A stretch of DNA of 32,000 nucleotides. It comes from Candidatus Hadarchaeota archaeon (GTDB lineage: Archaea; Hadarchaeota; Hadarchaeia; Hadarchaeales; Hadarchaeaceae). The notes under the pieces were generated by a model. That model did not search any database. It was given only the letters and a program-made list of their open reading frames with translations, and was not told the DNA's origin. The stretch is taken from positions 60,001-92,000 of the forward strand of contig CAZETV010000001.1 of assembly GCA_964514965.1 (NCBI GenBank). Direction: 5' to 3'. Below, in pieces: positions 1-7,035 of this stretch (positions are counted from its first letter, which is position 1; each line of letters opens with the position of its first letter). The position numbers and the translations under genes were made by a program.

Positions 1-399
1 AAGTTCGGTAGCTCGTGCCACAGCGCCTGCAATCAATTTCTTGGCCTTTTCAGTGGCTCTTTCTTTATCTTCATGAACCCAAGAGCACTGTTCTCTTATA
101 TTTGCCATCTCGAAGCAGTAGGGGTTGAGGTTCTTGTGTTCTACGACCTTTCTAAAAGTGGGTTCGTGCATTCTTGGAGAACAGCTCGCCACGACTACAC
201 GATCAAGTCCGGCTTCGTCTATATCCTTCTTGATTAATTCTTGTCCTGGGTCAGAGCACATGTACTTATAGTCCCTAGCAATCACCACGTTTGGCAAAGA
301 CTTGGCATATTTCACCACTTCTTCAACATCAACGGTAGCCGCTATATTTAAGCCGCAATGGCAAATGTACACGCCCGTTTTCACTTCCTTATCCCCCAT
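1..399 (-). CDS. hdrA: Heterodisulfide reductase subunit A (HdrA-type flavoprotein), N-terminal 133 codons; the gene runs off the left edge
   Basis: My own minus-strand translation from the ATG at 399-397 is open to position 1: [133 protein letters not shown]. The VYxCHCGxNI, KYxCSDPGQ, ASCSPRxHEPTFR and [11 protein letters not shown] strings are typical of the HdrA N-terminal domain. It is absent from the ORF track because it is truncated. Confidence 0.8.
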   Translation of the reverse strand, partial: MGDKEVKTGVYICHCGLNIAATVDVEEVVKYAKSLPNVVIARDYKYMCSDPGQELIKKDIDEAGLDRVVVASCSPRMHEPTFRKVVEHKNLNPYCFEMANIREQCSWVHEDKERATEKAKKLIAGAVARATEL

Positions 400-424
400 G
401 AAATCACGCCAGCAGTGAATTTGG

Positions 425-470
425 CCTAGGTTTAATCTTTTTATCTATTACCATCATGGTTTAAAAGTCG
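425..470. promoter_or_regulatory. AT-rich divergent promoter region between hdrA and mvhG, with TATA-like CTTTTTATC at 436-444 and TTTAAAA at 460-466
   Basis: This is the only AT-rich stretch in the 98-bp gap between divergent genes. It contains archaeal TATA-like hexamers readable on both strands. No transcription start site data are available. Confidence 0.35.
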
Positions 471-497
471 TCCTGACTAAAAGGTTGAGGTGGCCGG

Positions 498-1490
498 TTG
501 AGAAAAATGAAGAGTGAAGAACCAAAAAAGTTGAAATTTGCTTTCTACTGGGCTGGCAGTTGTGGGGGCTGTGAGATTGCTGTTCTAGATATAAACGAGA
601 AGATTCTGGATGTGGTTGCCATTGCTGAGGTAATCTTTTGGCCTGTCGCCATGGATATCAAGTATAAAGACGTAGACGCGATGCCGGACAAGAGCATAGA
701 CGTCTGTTTCTTTAATGGTTCGGTCAGGACAGAGGAGCAAGAACACATGGCCAAACTTCTGAGGCGGAAGTCAAAGTTTTTGATAGCATTTGGCACCTGT
801 GCTCAGCTAGGTGGCATTCCAGGTCTTGCGAACATTTCGAATAAAAAAGAGATTTTCGAGAAGGTATACGTTCAAACTCCATCGACAAAAAATTCTAAAG
901 CTGCGATACCTAAAACTGCTGTTAAAGTCGAATGCGGGGAACTAACTCTGCCAGAGTTTTATGATACTGTGAAGACACTAGATCAAACCGTGGAAGTGGA
1001 CTACTATATCCCAGGTTGTCCTCCGCACCCAAACTTGATATTGAAAGCCGTGGAAGCCATAGCCAAAAATGAGTTACCCGCTAAAGGTTCGGTATTGGCC
1101 CCCGAGAAGTCGGTTTGCGATGAATGTCAGAGGGAAAAGAAAGAAAAGGTTATCTCCAGATTATACAGGATGCACGAAATCAAACCAGATCCGGAGAAAT
1201 GTTTTTTGGAGCAGGGGGTGGTGTGCATTGGGCCCGCAACCCGTGGTGGATGCGAGGCGCGGTGTATCAATGCGAATATGCCTTGTACGGGGTGCGGTGG
1301 TCCATGCCCCAATGAAATCGAGCAAGGGGCGTCCATGATAAGTGCCATTTCTTCGATTCTCGGGTTGGATGAGGAAAAAGGAGAAACATATGACGCTGAA
1401 AAATTAATCAACCAAATAAAAGACCCCTTGGGGACTTTTTACCGGTACTCCCTGCCAGCTGCTCTCATCCGAAGGAGGGTTCAGAAATGA
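498..1490 (+). CDS. mvhG: [NiFe]-hydrogenase small subunit, group 3 (F420-non-reducing / MvhG-like)
   Basis: The N-terminus has AGSCGGCEIAVLD and the central part has IPGCPP. The C-terminus carries Cys clusters for extra Fe-S centres (CDEC...CIGPATRGGCEARC...CTGCGGPC). The stop overlaps the large-subunit start (ATGA at 1487-1490). The start is TTG at 498, 4 nt after GAGGTGG; ATG at 507 is the alternative. Confidence 0.9.
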   Translation: MRKMKSEEPKKLKFAFYWAGSCGGCEIAVLDINEKILDVVAIAEVIFWPVAMDIKYKDVDAMPDKSIDVCFFNGSVRTEEQEHMAKLLRRKSKFLIAFGTCAQLGGIPGLANISNKKEIFEKVYVQTPSTKNSKAAIPKTAVKVECGELTLPEFYDTVKTLDQTVEVDYYIPGCPPHPNLILKAVEAIAKNELPAKGSVLAPEKSVCDECQREKKEKVISRLYRMHEIKPDPEKCFLEQGVVCIGPATRGGCEARCINANMPCTGCGGPCPNEIEQGASMISAISSILGLDEEKGETYDAEKLINQIKDPLGTFYRYSLPAALIRRRVQK

Positions 1491-2974
1491 GCGAATTTAA
1501 GGAGATAAGCATAGAGCCCGTCACGAGGCTTGAGGGTCACGCAAAGATAGTGATATTTCAAGATGAGAAAGGGGAAGTGAAAAACGCCTATTTACAACTC
1601 CCTGAACTCAGGGGCTTTGAGAGATTCTGTGAGGGGAGAAAAGCTGAAGACCTCCCACAGCTGCTCTCGAGAATTTGCGGAGTATGTCCCGTTGCCCATC
1701 ATCTCGCTTCCACGAAAGCTTTGGATGCGGCGTTTCGTGTGGACCCCCCTTCAGCTGCGAAAAAACTTCGGGAACTCATGTACAGCGGCTATTTCATGTA
1801 CGATCACATTCTTAATTTTTATTTCCTAGCTGCGCCGGACTTCGTCGTGGGGCCTGATGCTCCACCTCAAGAAAGAAACATTTTCGGCGTGATCAAGAAG
1901 GTCGGCTTAGACGTGGCCAAGGAAGTAATCAAGCATCGGGCTTACGGCCAAAAAATTACCGAGATAATAGGTGGAAAGGCAACCCATCCGGTTTGTGGAC
2001 TTCCGGGTGGCATATCCAAGCCGCTGACGGAAGAAGAAAGAAAGGAAATAGAAAAGATGGCGGAGGCCGGGCTTGAATTCGCCAAGTTCAGCTTGAAGTT
2101 ATTTGACGATGTTGTATTGAAAAATAAGAAATACGTTGACCTGATTATGAGCGACGCTTACACTTTAAAAACATATTACATGGGTCTAGTGGACCGAAAC
2201 AACAAGGTCAATTTTTACGATGGCAAAATACGTGTGGTTAATCCCGGGGGTCAAGAGTTCGTGAAGTTTAACCCATCCGAATACTTGGACATCATCGAGG
2301 AGCATGTTGAGGAATGGAGCTATGTAAAACTACCTTATCTCAAAAAAATCGGATGGAAAGGCTTGAGGGATGGACATAGCAGCGGGATTTACAGAGTTGG
2401 TGCATTGGCCAGACTAAATGCCGCAGATGGCATGGCGACTCCCCTAGCCCAGCAAGAGTACGAGAGGATGTATGAAACCCTAGGCGGGAAGCCCGTGCAC
2501 TCAACTCTCGCGTTTCACTGGGCTAGACTGATAGAAATAATTTATGCGGCCGAAAGATGCCTAGAGCTCAGTCGAGATGAAGAGATAACGAGCAAGGAAA
2601 TTCGAAACGAGCCAAATACCCCGGGAGAAGGAATCGGAATAGTCGAAGCTGCGAGAGGTACATTGATCCATCATTACAATCTTAACAAAGAGGGCCTAAC
2701 CGAAAAAGTAAATTTGATAGTCCCTACGACCAACAACAATCCATCCATCTGCATGTCCGTGAGGGATGCAGCGAAGGGGCTCATCCATGGTAAAGAAGTT
2801 AGCGAGGGGTTGCTGAACATGGTGGAGATGGCTTTGAGAGCTTATGACCCATGTATCGCATGCGCTTCCCACTGCCACATAGGCGATTTGCCCCTTGAAA
2901 TAAAAATACACGATAATAATCGGAGTTTGATAAAAACCGTTGTGAGAGAACCTCTTGGCTTTAAACACTTTTAG
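1487..2974 (+). CDS. mvhA: [NiFe]-hydrogenase large subunit, group 3 (MvhA-like)
   Basis: It has RLEGH, the N-terminal Ni-binding RICGVCPVAH, and the C-terminal DPCIACASH. A roughly 30-aa tail follows the His, consistent with removal by a maturation endopeptidase. Confidence 0.93.
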   Translation: MSEFKEISIEPVTRLEGHAKIVIFQDEKGEVKNAYLQLPELRGFERFCEGRKAEDLPQLLSRICGVCPVAHHLASTKALDAAFRVDPPSAAKKLRELMYSGYFMYDHILNFYFLAAPDFVVGPDAPPQERNIFGVIKKVGLDVAKEVIKHRAYGQKITEIIGGKATHPVCGLPGGISKPLTEEERKEIEKMAEAGLEFAKFSLKLFDDVVLKNKKYVDLIMSDAYTLKTYYMGLVDRNNKVNFYDGKIRVVNPGGQEFVKFNPSEYLDIIEEHVEEWSYVKLPYLKKIGWKGLRDGHSSGIYRVGALARLNAADGMATPLAQQEYERMYETLGGKPVHSTLAFHWARLIEIIYAAERCLELSRDEEITSKEIRNEPNTPGEGIGIVEAARGTLIHHYNLNKEGLTEKVNLIVPTTNNNPSICMSVRDAAKGLIHGKEVSEGLLNMVEMALRAYDPCIACASHCHIGDLPLEIKIHDNNRSLIKTVVREPLGFKHF

Positions 2975-3027
2975 AGATATCTTTTCGTGTCGCATAAGTT
3001 AGCAAACTATCGCAACGGGTAAGTCAA

Positions 3028-3525
3028 ATGGAAAAATGTGCGATTCAAAATAATTTCAACGAGAAGCTCAAGAAGTGGCTTCTAGATGCCCGAAGGGTTG
3101 TTATCGCAGGTATTGGAAGCTCGATTCGAAAAGATGATTTCATAGGGGTCGGGGTCGTAGAAAAACTACGGGGGAAAGTTTCACGATCGGTTCATTTAAT
3201 AGTGTGTGGAATGTCTCCTGAGAATTTTTTAGAACCGATTATTCACTTTAAGCCAACCCACGTACTATTTGTCAACGCGGCTCAACTAGGCTTAAAACCT
3301 GGTTCTTCAAGGTTGATTGAACTAAATCAGATTTCGTGGCCAGCGGTATTGACTCATGCTCTAACTCATCAGATATTTCGAGAATTTCTAACAGAGGCAA
3401 CTGGTGCTAAGGTCGCTCTGCTCGCCGTGCAACCAAAGGACACGAGTTTTGGAGAAGGTTTTACAAAAGAATTGGAAGAAACTGTCGAGCGTTTATCAAG
3501 TTTTTTGTTGAGGGTTTTACCCTGA
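3028..3525 (+). CDS. Hydrogenase maturation endopeptidase (HycI/FrhD/HoxW family)
   Basis: It is 165 aa with VVIAGIGSSIRKDDFIGVGVV, matching the GIGNxxxxDDGxG family motif. It lies directly downstream of the large subunit that carries a cleavable C-terminal tail. Confidence 0.8.
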   Translation: MEKCAIQNNFNEKLKKWLLDARRVVIAGIGSSIRKDDFIGVGVVEKLRGKVSRSVHLIVCGMSPENFLEPIIHFKPTHVLFVNAAQLGLKPGSSRLIELNQISWPAVLTHALTHQIFREFLTEATGAKVALLAVQPKDTSFGEGFTKELEETVERLSSFLLRVLP

Positions 3526-3562
3526 AATGGATAATGTACGATACTTTTGAACTTTAGGTTGC

Positions 3563-4003
3563 TTAACTACCCGAAACTAGTGGCTTTGGAATTTGGGCCG
3601 ATACTTTACAAGGCCCCAACTTTGTAATTTCATTAACAACTTCCGTAACAATTTTAACAAATCGTTCGGCTTCTCCAGCTGATACTGTCTCGAACCTGAG
3701 CCGCTCCGGTTCTATCCCCAACTGCACTAGTATTCGTTTGAGCAGTTCAACTCTTCGCTGAGCTTTGTAGTTTCCAGAGACGAAATGACAGTCTCCGAAG
3801 TGGCATCCAGCGACCAAAACCCCGTCCGCACCTCGTTTAAAAGTTTCTAGAATGTAAACAGGGTCTAGCCGCCCAGTGCACATCAGCCTGATGATGCGGA
3901 CGTTGGGCGGATAATGCATGCGGCTCGTTCCAGCGAGGTCAGCCGCAGCGTAGGAGCAGAAATTGCAAAGAAAGACGATGATTTTTGGTTCAAATTCAAC
4001 CAT
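3563..4003 (-). CDS. mvhD: Methyl-viologen-reducing hydrogenase delta subunit (MvhD, [2Fe-2S] electron-transfer protein)
   Basis: EPKIIVFLCNFCSYAAADLAG...IRLMCTGRLDP...GADGVLVAGCHFGDCHF is the MvhD/FlpD signature. The track ORF starts at GTG 4024. I prefer ATG 4003 (MVEFEPKI...), which matches usual MvhD N-termini and has AAGGTAG upstream. Confidence 0.88.
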   Translation of the reverse strand: MVEFEPKIIVFLCNFCSYAAADLAGTSRMHYPPNVRIIRLMCTGRLDPVYILETFKRGADGVLVAGCHFGDCHFVSGNYKAQRRVELLKRILVQLGIEPERLRFETVSAGEAERFVKIVTEVVNEITKLGPCKVSAQIPKPLVSGS

Positions 4004-4067
4004 GTTATCTACCTTTAATATCACTAGTGTACTTAAAAATTTTAATTCTTATATTTTTCACCCCACC

Positions 4068-5288
4068 TTACAAGGCTTCACCGAGAGTTACATCGACCAT
4101 CCGCTTGATATCCCTTTTCAAGGCGTCTGGAAGTCCAAAAATGTCAATATCCATGAATCCCCGAATAATCAGTGATTCTGCATCAGACTCCGAAAAACCC
4201 CTCGCAGTCAAGTATTGGACTTGCTCTTCCGCTATCTTCCCTACGGCGGCTTCATGCGAAAGTTCGGTCCCCTTCACTTTCCCCGCCAGCTCTGGAATTG
4301 CGTGTATAAATGCTTCGTCAGAGAGCAAGAGACCCCTGCATTCTAGGTGCGCCTTACTGTCTCGGTGCTCTCCAACCAAGAGTCCACGGGCATTTATCTG
4401 CGCATTGTCCGAGGCTATCGCCCGCGCGATGACTTCTCCTTTGCTCCCTTTGCCTTGAAGAACCGCTTTCGAGCCTACATCCAAATAGGAGTTCTGCCTC
4501 CCGTGTAGAATTGTGTTGAACCTGACCCTAGAGTTAGACCCCTTACAGTAAGCAACTGGGTACATTTGAATACTTTTCACCGGTTTCATGCACAGGTAAT
4601 TGTTAATAAACGTTGCATCGTCGTCTAAGAGGGCCGCAGTTCGAGGTCGGACGTCAAAATTTTGGGCCCAGTTATGAATCATGGTGAAAGTGAGCTTCGC
4701 GTTTTTCTTCACATAAAATTCGGAGATGCCCACATGCAGACCACTTTGAACGTTTGGGTGGGTCGTGCAGCCAGTTATTATTTGGGCCTCAGAGTGGGGT
4801 TCTGCGATTATCAAGTTATGAACGTTTTGGTTAAAATTGTCTTTTGAGATGAAAATGCATGCTTGTAGAGGGAGCGTGATTTTTTGCCCCTCAAGTATTC
4901 GGATGAAATAGCCCTGATCCCACTTTAACTTGGCCAAAGTGGTGAATTTGTCGGTGCTTGGGTCAACAATTTTCCACCAATACTCCTTGGCCCAGCGGTA
5001 TTTTTTGAGTGCTTCTTTAGTGCTCATTATTTCGGCTTTTCCCCTGAAAGTTTTTTGGATTGCTTGAAGAACCGCAGAATGATCTATTTGAAAATATGTG
5101 CCTGCTCGTTCCTTTTCCCTGGTAATGCCAACGCTTAGGGCTCTTTGGGTGATATTTTCTGGTAGCGTCGAAATAGTACATGAGGGCCAAGGTGAAGTTT
5201 CTCTTTTGAAAGTTTCTACATCTAAGTCGGGCCCAAAAGCCGCTGGTTTTCTGATTGTACTCAACGTAGTCTTTTTACCTTTGGGCAT
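4068..5288 (-). CDS. sufB: Fe-S cluster assembly scaffold protein, SufB/SufD family
   Basis: It is 406 aa with a C-terminal LSHEAAVGKIAEEQVQYLTARGFSESDAESLIIRGF block typical of SufB/SufD, and it is adjacent to sufC. I cannot distinguish B from D by eye. Confidence 0.8.
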   Translation of the reverse strand: MPKGKKTTLSTIRKPAAFGPDLDVETFKRETSPWPSCTISTLPENITQRALSVGITREKERAGTYFQIDHSAVLQAIQKTFRGKAEIMSTKEALKKYRWAKEYWWKIVDPSTDKFTTLAKLKWDQGYFIRILEGQKITLPLQACIFISKDNFNQNVHNLIIAEPHSEAQIITGCTTHPNVQSGLHVGISEFYVKKNAKLTFTMIHNWAQNFDVRPRTAALLDDDATFINNYLCMKPVKSIQMYPVAYCKGSNSRVRFNTILHGRQNSYLDVGSKAVLQGKGSKGEVIARAIASDNAQINARGLLVGEHRDSKAHLECRGLLLSDEAFIHAIPELAGKVKGTELSHEAAVGKIAEEQVQYLTARGFSESDAESLIIRGFMDIDIFGLPDALKRDIKRMVDVTLGEAL

Positions 5289-5986
5289 CGCTCACACCAC
5301 TTGTATCCTCTTTTCATGACCCGGTTGATAATATTGGTCGGTTTTCCAGAGCAGGCAATCATTCCATAAAACATCACATGGGCTTTGTCCACTTTTAAGT
5401 AGCGCAGGATGTGGCCGAGATGGGTTATCAAAAGGCCAGATCGCTTTTTGAGGAGCTCGTTGATCGCCTTGCCTATAACCTCTAGATTCTCAACATCTAC
5501 TCCTGAGTCAGGCTCGTCGAATATCGCAAAATCTGGTCGTTGTGCGAGCAATTGCAAAATCTCCGTCCGCTTGAGCTCACCTCCGGAGAAGCCCAAATTC
5601 AAATCTCTGCCGAAAAAATCCATAGGAATGTTTGTGGTGCCTGCTAGCTTTACTTCATCGACTTTTCCCTTGGTGAGGTATCGCAAAACATCACCCAGTT
5701 TGACACCTCTTATCTGTGGGGGGGTTTGAAAGGCCACTCCAATGCCTAGCTTCACGCGCTCATCCGTTGACATGGTGGTGATGTCGGTGCCGTTGAATCG
5801 AATCTTGCCCGATAGAACGCGGCAGTTCGGGAAGCCCAAAATTGACGTTATCAGCGAGGTCTTTCCTGATCCGTTGGGGCCGAGCAAGACGTGGGTCTCC
5901 CCCTTGGGTATCTCTAGGTTAACCCCTTCGAGCACCCGTTTTCCCGCGATTTCTACAGTTAGATTCTCTATCTTTAGCATCTTCAA
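5261..5986 (-). CDS. sufC: Fe-S cluster assembly ATPase SufC
   Basis: It has Walker A GPNGSGKTS, ABC signature FSGGELKRTEILQL and Walker B FDEPDSGVD. Its 3' end overlaps the sufB/D start by 28 nt. Confidence 0.9.
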   Translation of the reverse strand: MKMLKIENLTVEIAGKRVLEGVNLEIPKGETHVLLGPNGSGKTSLITSILGFPNCRVLSGKIRFNGTDITTMSTDERVKLGIGVAFQTPPQIRGVKLGDVLRYLTKGKVDEVKLAGTTNIPMDFFGRDLNLGFSGGELKRTEILQLLAQRPDFAIFDEPDSGVDVENLEVIGKAINELLKKRSGLLITHLGHILRYLKVDKAHVMFYGMIACSGKPTNIINRVMKRGYKWCERCPKVKRLR

Positions 5987-6076
5987 GTTTTCAACCCCAT
6001 TTTAATACTCTTCGGGACGACCTAAAAGTTTCCCAACAAGGCACATTTATTAATCTTCATGATTTAAGGTGCAGTT

Positions 6077-6568
6077 ATGGACGACTTTACATTTGGATTG
6101 CTCTATGGCGTTGTAGCAATGGCCCTTGTGGGGGTCTTGTTATTCTTGTTAGGCCGAAAACTCGATCGACGGCTTTACCTGCGACCAGTACTTTATGGCT
6201 TTTTTTTCTGGGCGGGCGTCAACGTACTTTTTGTAGGAGGAATCTTCAGCTTTTTGGTAGGTGGTGCGGTTACTGGATACTTTCTCGCTCGGGAGGTTGG
6301 AGAATGGGGGAATCAATTTCGAGCGGGTGGGTTGAGCGGTACTTTAATCATTTGCAGCCTTCTCCTCGCGAACATTTTGATCCTATTCACACGAGGCGTC
6401 TCTGATATCTCAGTTAGTCCGGTTAGTCATGAGGAAGTATTATTTCTGCTGTATGGGGACATGTTAATCTATGCTTTTATGTTGTTGGCCATTGCCGGAA
6501 TTGGCGCTGTGCTGGGTGGTCTGCTGCGCAAGCTCTTAAAACCTGCTGGGCAGGAACCCCAACAATAG
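6077..6568 (+). CDS. Hypothetical polytopic membrane protein (163 aa)
   Basis: It has four to five hydrophobic segments and AAGGTG 5 nt upstream of the ATG. I recognise no family. Confidence 0.6.
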   Translation: MDDFTFGLLYGVVAMALVGVLLFLLGRKLDRRLYLRPVLYGFFFWAGVNVLFVGGIFSFLVGGAVTGYFLAREVGEWGNQFRAGGLSGTLIICSLLLANILILFTRGVSDISVSPVSHEEVLFLLYGDMLIYAFMLLAIAGIGAVLGGLLRKLLKPAGQEPQQ

Positions 6569-6781
6569 CGTTTTGTTTGTAAAGAACTCCACCCGAAAAC
6601 TCGGTGGGTGAATAGGGGTAGCATCAAAATAAATTGGATATACCAATAAGCTCGGCTTGAATAAGGTACTTAGTTTGAATGTTTGTTGGTGATAGGTTCT
6701 TTTGTATTGATACAAAATTTCGGCAATGCGCTTAATTTTAGAAACACAAATCATTTATCCCGAAAAATCAGACGAATTTAC

Positions 6782-6802
6782 GGTAGTGGGGTAGCTACCT
6801 GC
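6782..6802 (+). repeat. 5'-flanking partial copy of the tRNA 5' end
   Basis: AGTGGGGTAGCTA (6785-6797) matches AGCGGGGTAGAGC (6803-6815) at 10 of 13 positions, offset by 18 nt. GGTAGTGGGG (6782-6791) can form 10 bp (one G-U) with CCCCGCTACC (6986-6995). Confidence 0.6.
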
Positions 6803-6818
6803 AGCGGGGTAGAGCAGC

Positions 6819-6849
6819 AGTAGGCGAACTACTCTGCCCCTACGGCAGC
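6819..6849 (+). other. tRNA intron 1 (31 nt, D-loop, position 16/17)
   Basis: The intron helix GTAGG (6820-6824) / CCTAC (6839-6843) is flanked symmetrically by GCA triplets (6817-6819 and 6848-6850). The central 4-nt helix has only two G:C pairs (AGCA vs GGCA), so this is a relaxed BHB. The boundary falls inside a repeated AGCA, so the product is the same for several registers. Confidence 0.55.
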
Positions 6850-6865
6850 ATGGAGTGCCCGCCGG

Positions 6866-6886
6866 TCGTGGAAAACCACGGGCGAA
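6866..6886 (+). other. tRNA intron 2 (21 nt, anticodon stem, position 30/31)
   Basis: This is a textbook BHB. The central helix CGCC (6860-6863) / GGCG (6881-6884) has 4 of 4 pairs. The 3-nt bulges are GGT (6864-6866) and AAG (6885-6887). The inner helix CGTGG / CCACG closes an AAAA loop. Cleavage after the second bulge nucleotide joins ...CCGG to GCTCATA. Confidence 0.75.
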
Positions 6887-6893
6887 GCTCATA

Positions 6894-6927
6894 AGGCGTC
6901 AAGCCGTGGGTTTGGCGCTCCTGCGAG
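6894..6927 (+). other. tRNA intron 3 (34 nt, canonical position 37/38)
   Basis: CTCA (positions 32-35) pairs with TGCG (6922-6925) at 3 of 4 positions. The bulges are TAA and AGA. The intron hairpin is GGCGT..GCC / GGC..GCTCC. The 3' exon starts with A38 followed by CCCGG. A 38/39 register gives the same product. Confidence 0.65.
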
Positions 6928-6949
6928 ACCCGGAGGTCAGTGGTTCAAG

Positions 6950-6979
6950 AGAGAGTGGCGTAAAACCTCTCTCGGGATT
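6950..6979 (+). other. tRNA intron 4 (30 nt, T-loop, position 59/60)
   Basis: The outer helix is the T-stem. The central helix TTCA (6944-6947) / GGGA (6974-6977) has U-A, U.G and C-G pairs plus one mismatch. The bulges are AGA (6948-6950) and TTT (6978-6980). The inner helix is GAGAG / CTCTC. Splicing leaves exactly a 7-nt T-loop, TTCAAGT. Confidence 0.7.
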
Positions 6980-7035
6980 TCCACTCCCCGCTACCTTATC
7001 TAGTCTGATTGTCTAAGTGAGTTAAGAGGCTAATT

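Larger units (their letters stand above)
6803..6993 (+). tRNA. Initiator tRNA-Met (anticodon CAT) interrupted by four introns; five exons at 6803-6818, 6850-6865, 6887-6893, 6928-6949 and 6980-6993
   Basis: This is a GC-rich island in AT-rich spacer. The acceptor stem AGCGGGG (6803-6809) pairs with CCCCGCT (6986-6992) as 7 of 7 Watson-Crick pairs with A1:U72 and discriminator A. The T-stem AGTGG (6939-6943) pairs with CCACT (6981-6985), directly abuts the acceptor 3' strand, and is followed by TTCAAG. The variable loop is AGGTC. Removing four bulge-helix-bulge (BHB)-delimited segments gives the 75-mer AGCGGGGTAGAGCAGCATGGAGTGCCCGCCGGGCTCATAACCCGGAGGTCAGTGGTTCAAGTCCACTCCCCGCTA. Its anticodon arm is CCGGG-CTCATAA-CCCGG, with three consecutive G:C pairs at 29-31/39-41. 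Weak points are an A11.C24 mismatch, T at position 21, and a relaxed first BHB. Confidence 0.75.

Noticed and set aside
3976-3995. The GGTTCAAAT string as a possible tRNA T-arm.
   Set aside because: It lies inside the mvhD coding region, has no complementary 5-bp T-stem (position 61 is T, not C), and has no acceptor or anticodon elements nearby.
3985-4458. Long antisense ORFs inside well-supported genes. Examples are 3985-4458, 5409-5729, 10904-11374, 14375-14920, 25724-26200, 28477-28842 and 29155-29475.
   Set aside because: They are shadow ORFs opposite strongly recognisable genes. They have Ser/Pro/Arg-rich low-complexity translations and no start context.
6536-6754. A 72-aa minus-strand ORF in the spacer before the tRNA.
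   Set aside because: It is AT-rich and low-complexity, overlaps the 3' end of the 6077-6568 gene, and has no SD or recognisable family. It is most likely spurious.
6785-6815. The upstream copy AGTGGGG-TA-GCTA as the real tRNA 5' end, with D-arm GCTA / GAGC.
   Set aside because: It needs a G-U pair in the acceptor stem, a 14-nt D-loop with C at position 14, and leaves no workable route to the anticodon stem. The downstream copy gives 7 of 7 Watson-Crick pairs with A1:U72 and a normal 10-nt D-loop after splicing.
6782-6995. SRP (7S) RNA or RNase P RNA as the identity of the ~215-nt GC-rich island. This was tempting because srp54 is in the window and the ends form a 10-bp terminal helix.
   Set aside because: It is too short for an archaeal SRP RNA (about 300 nt). 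I cannot find the helix-8 GGAA tetraloop / AGCA-type loop context, nor the RNase P CR-I GAAAGUCC-type motif. The tRNA reading explains the acceptor/T-arm adjacency, the AGGTC variable loop and the CTCATAA loop far better.
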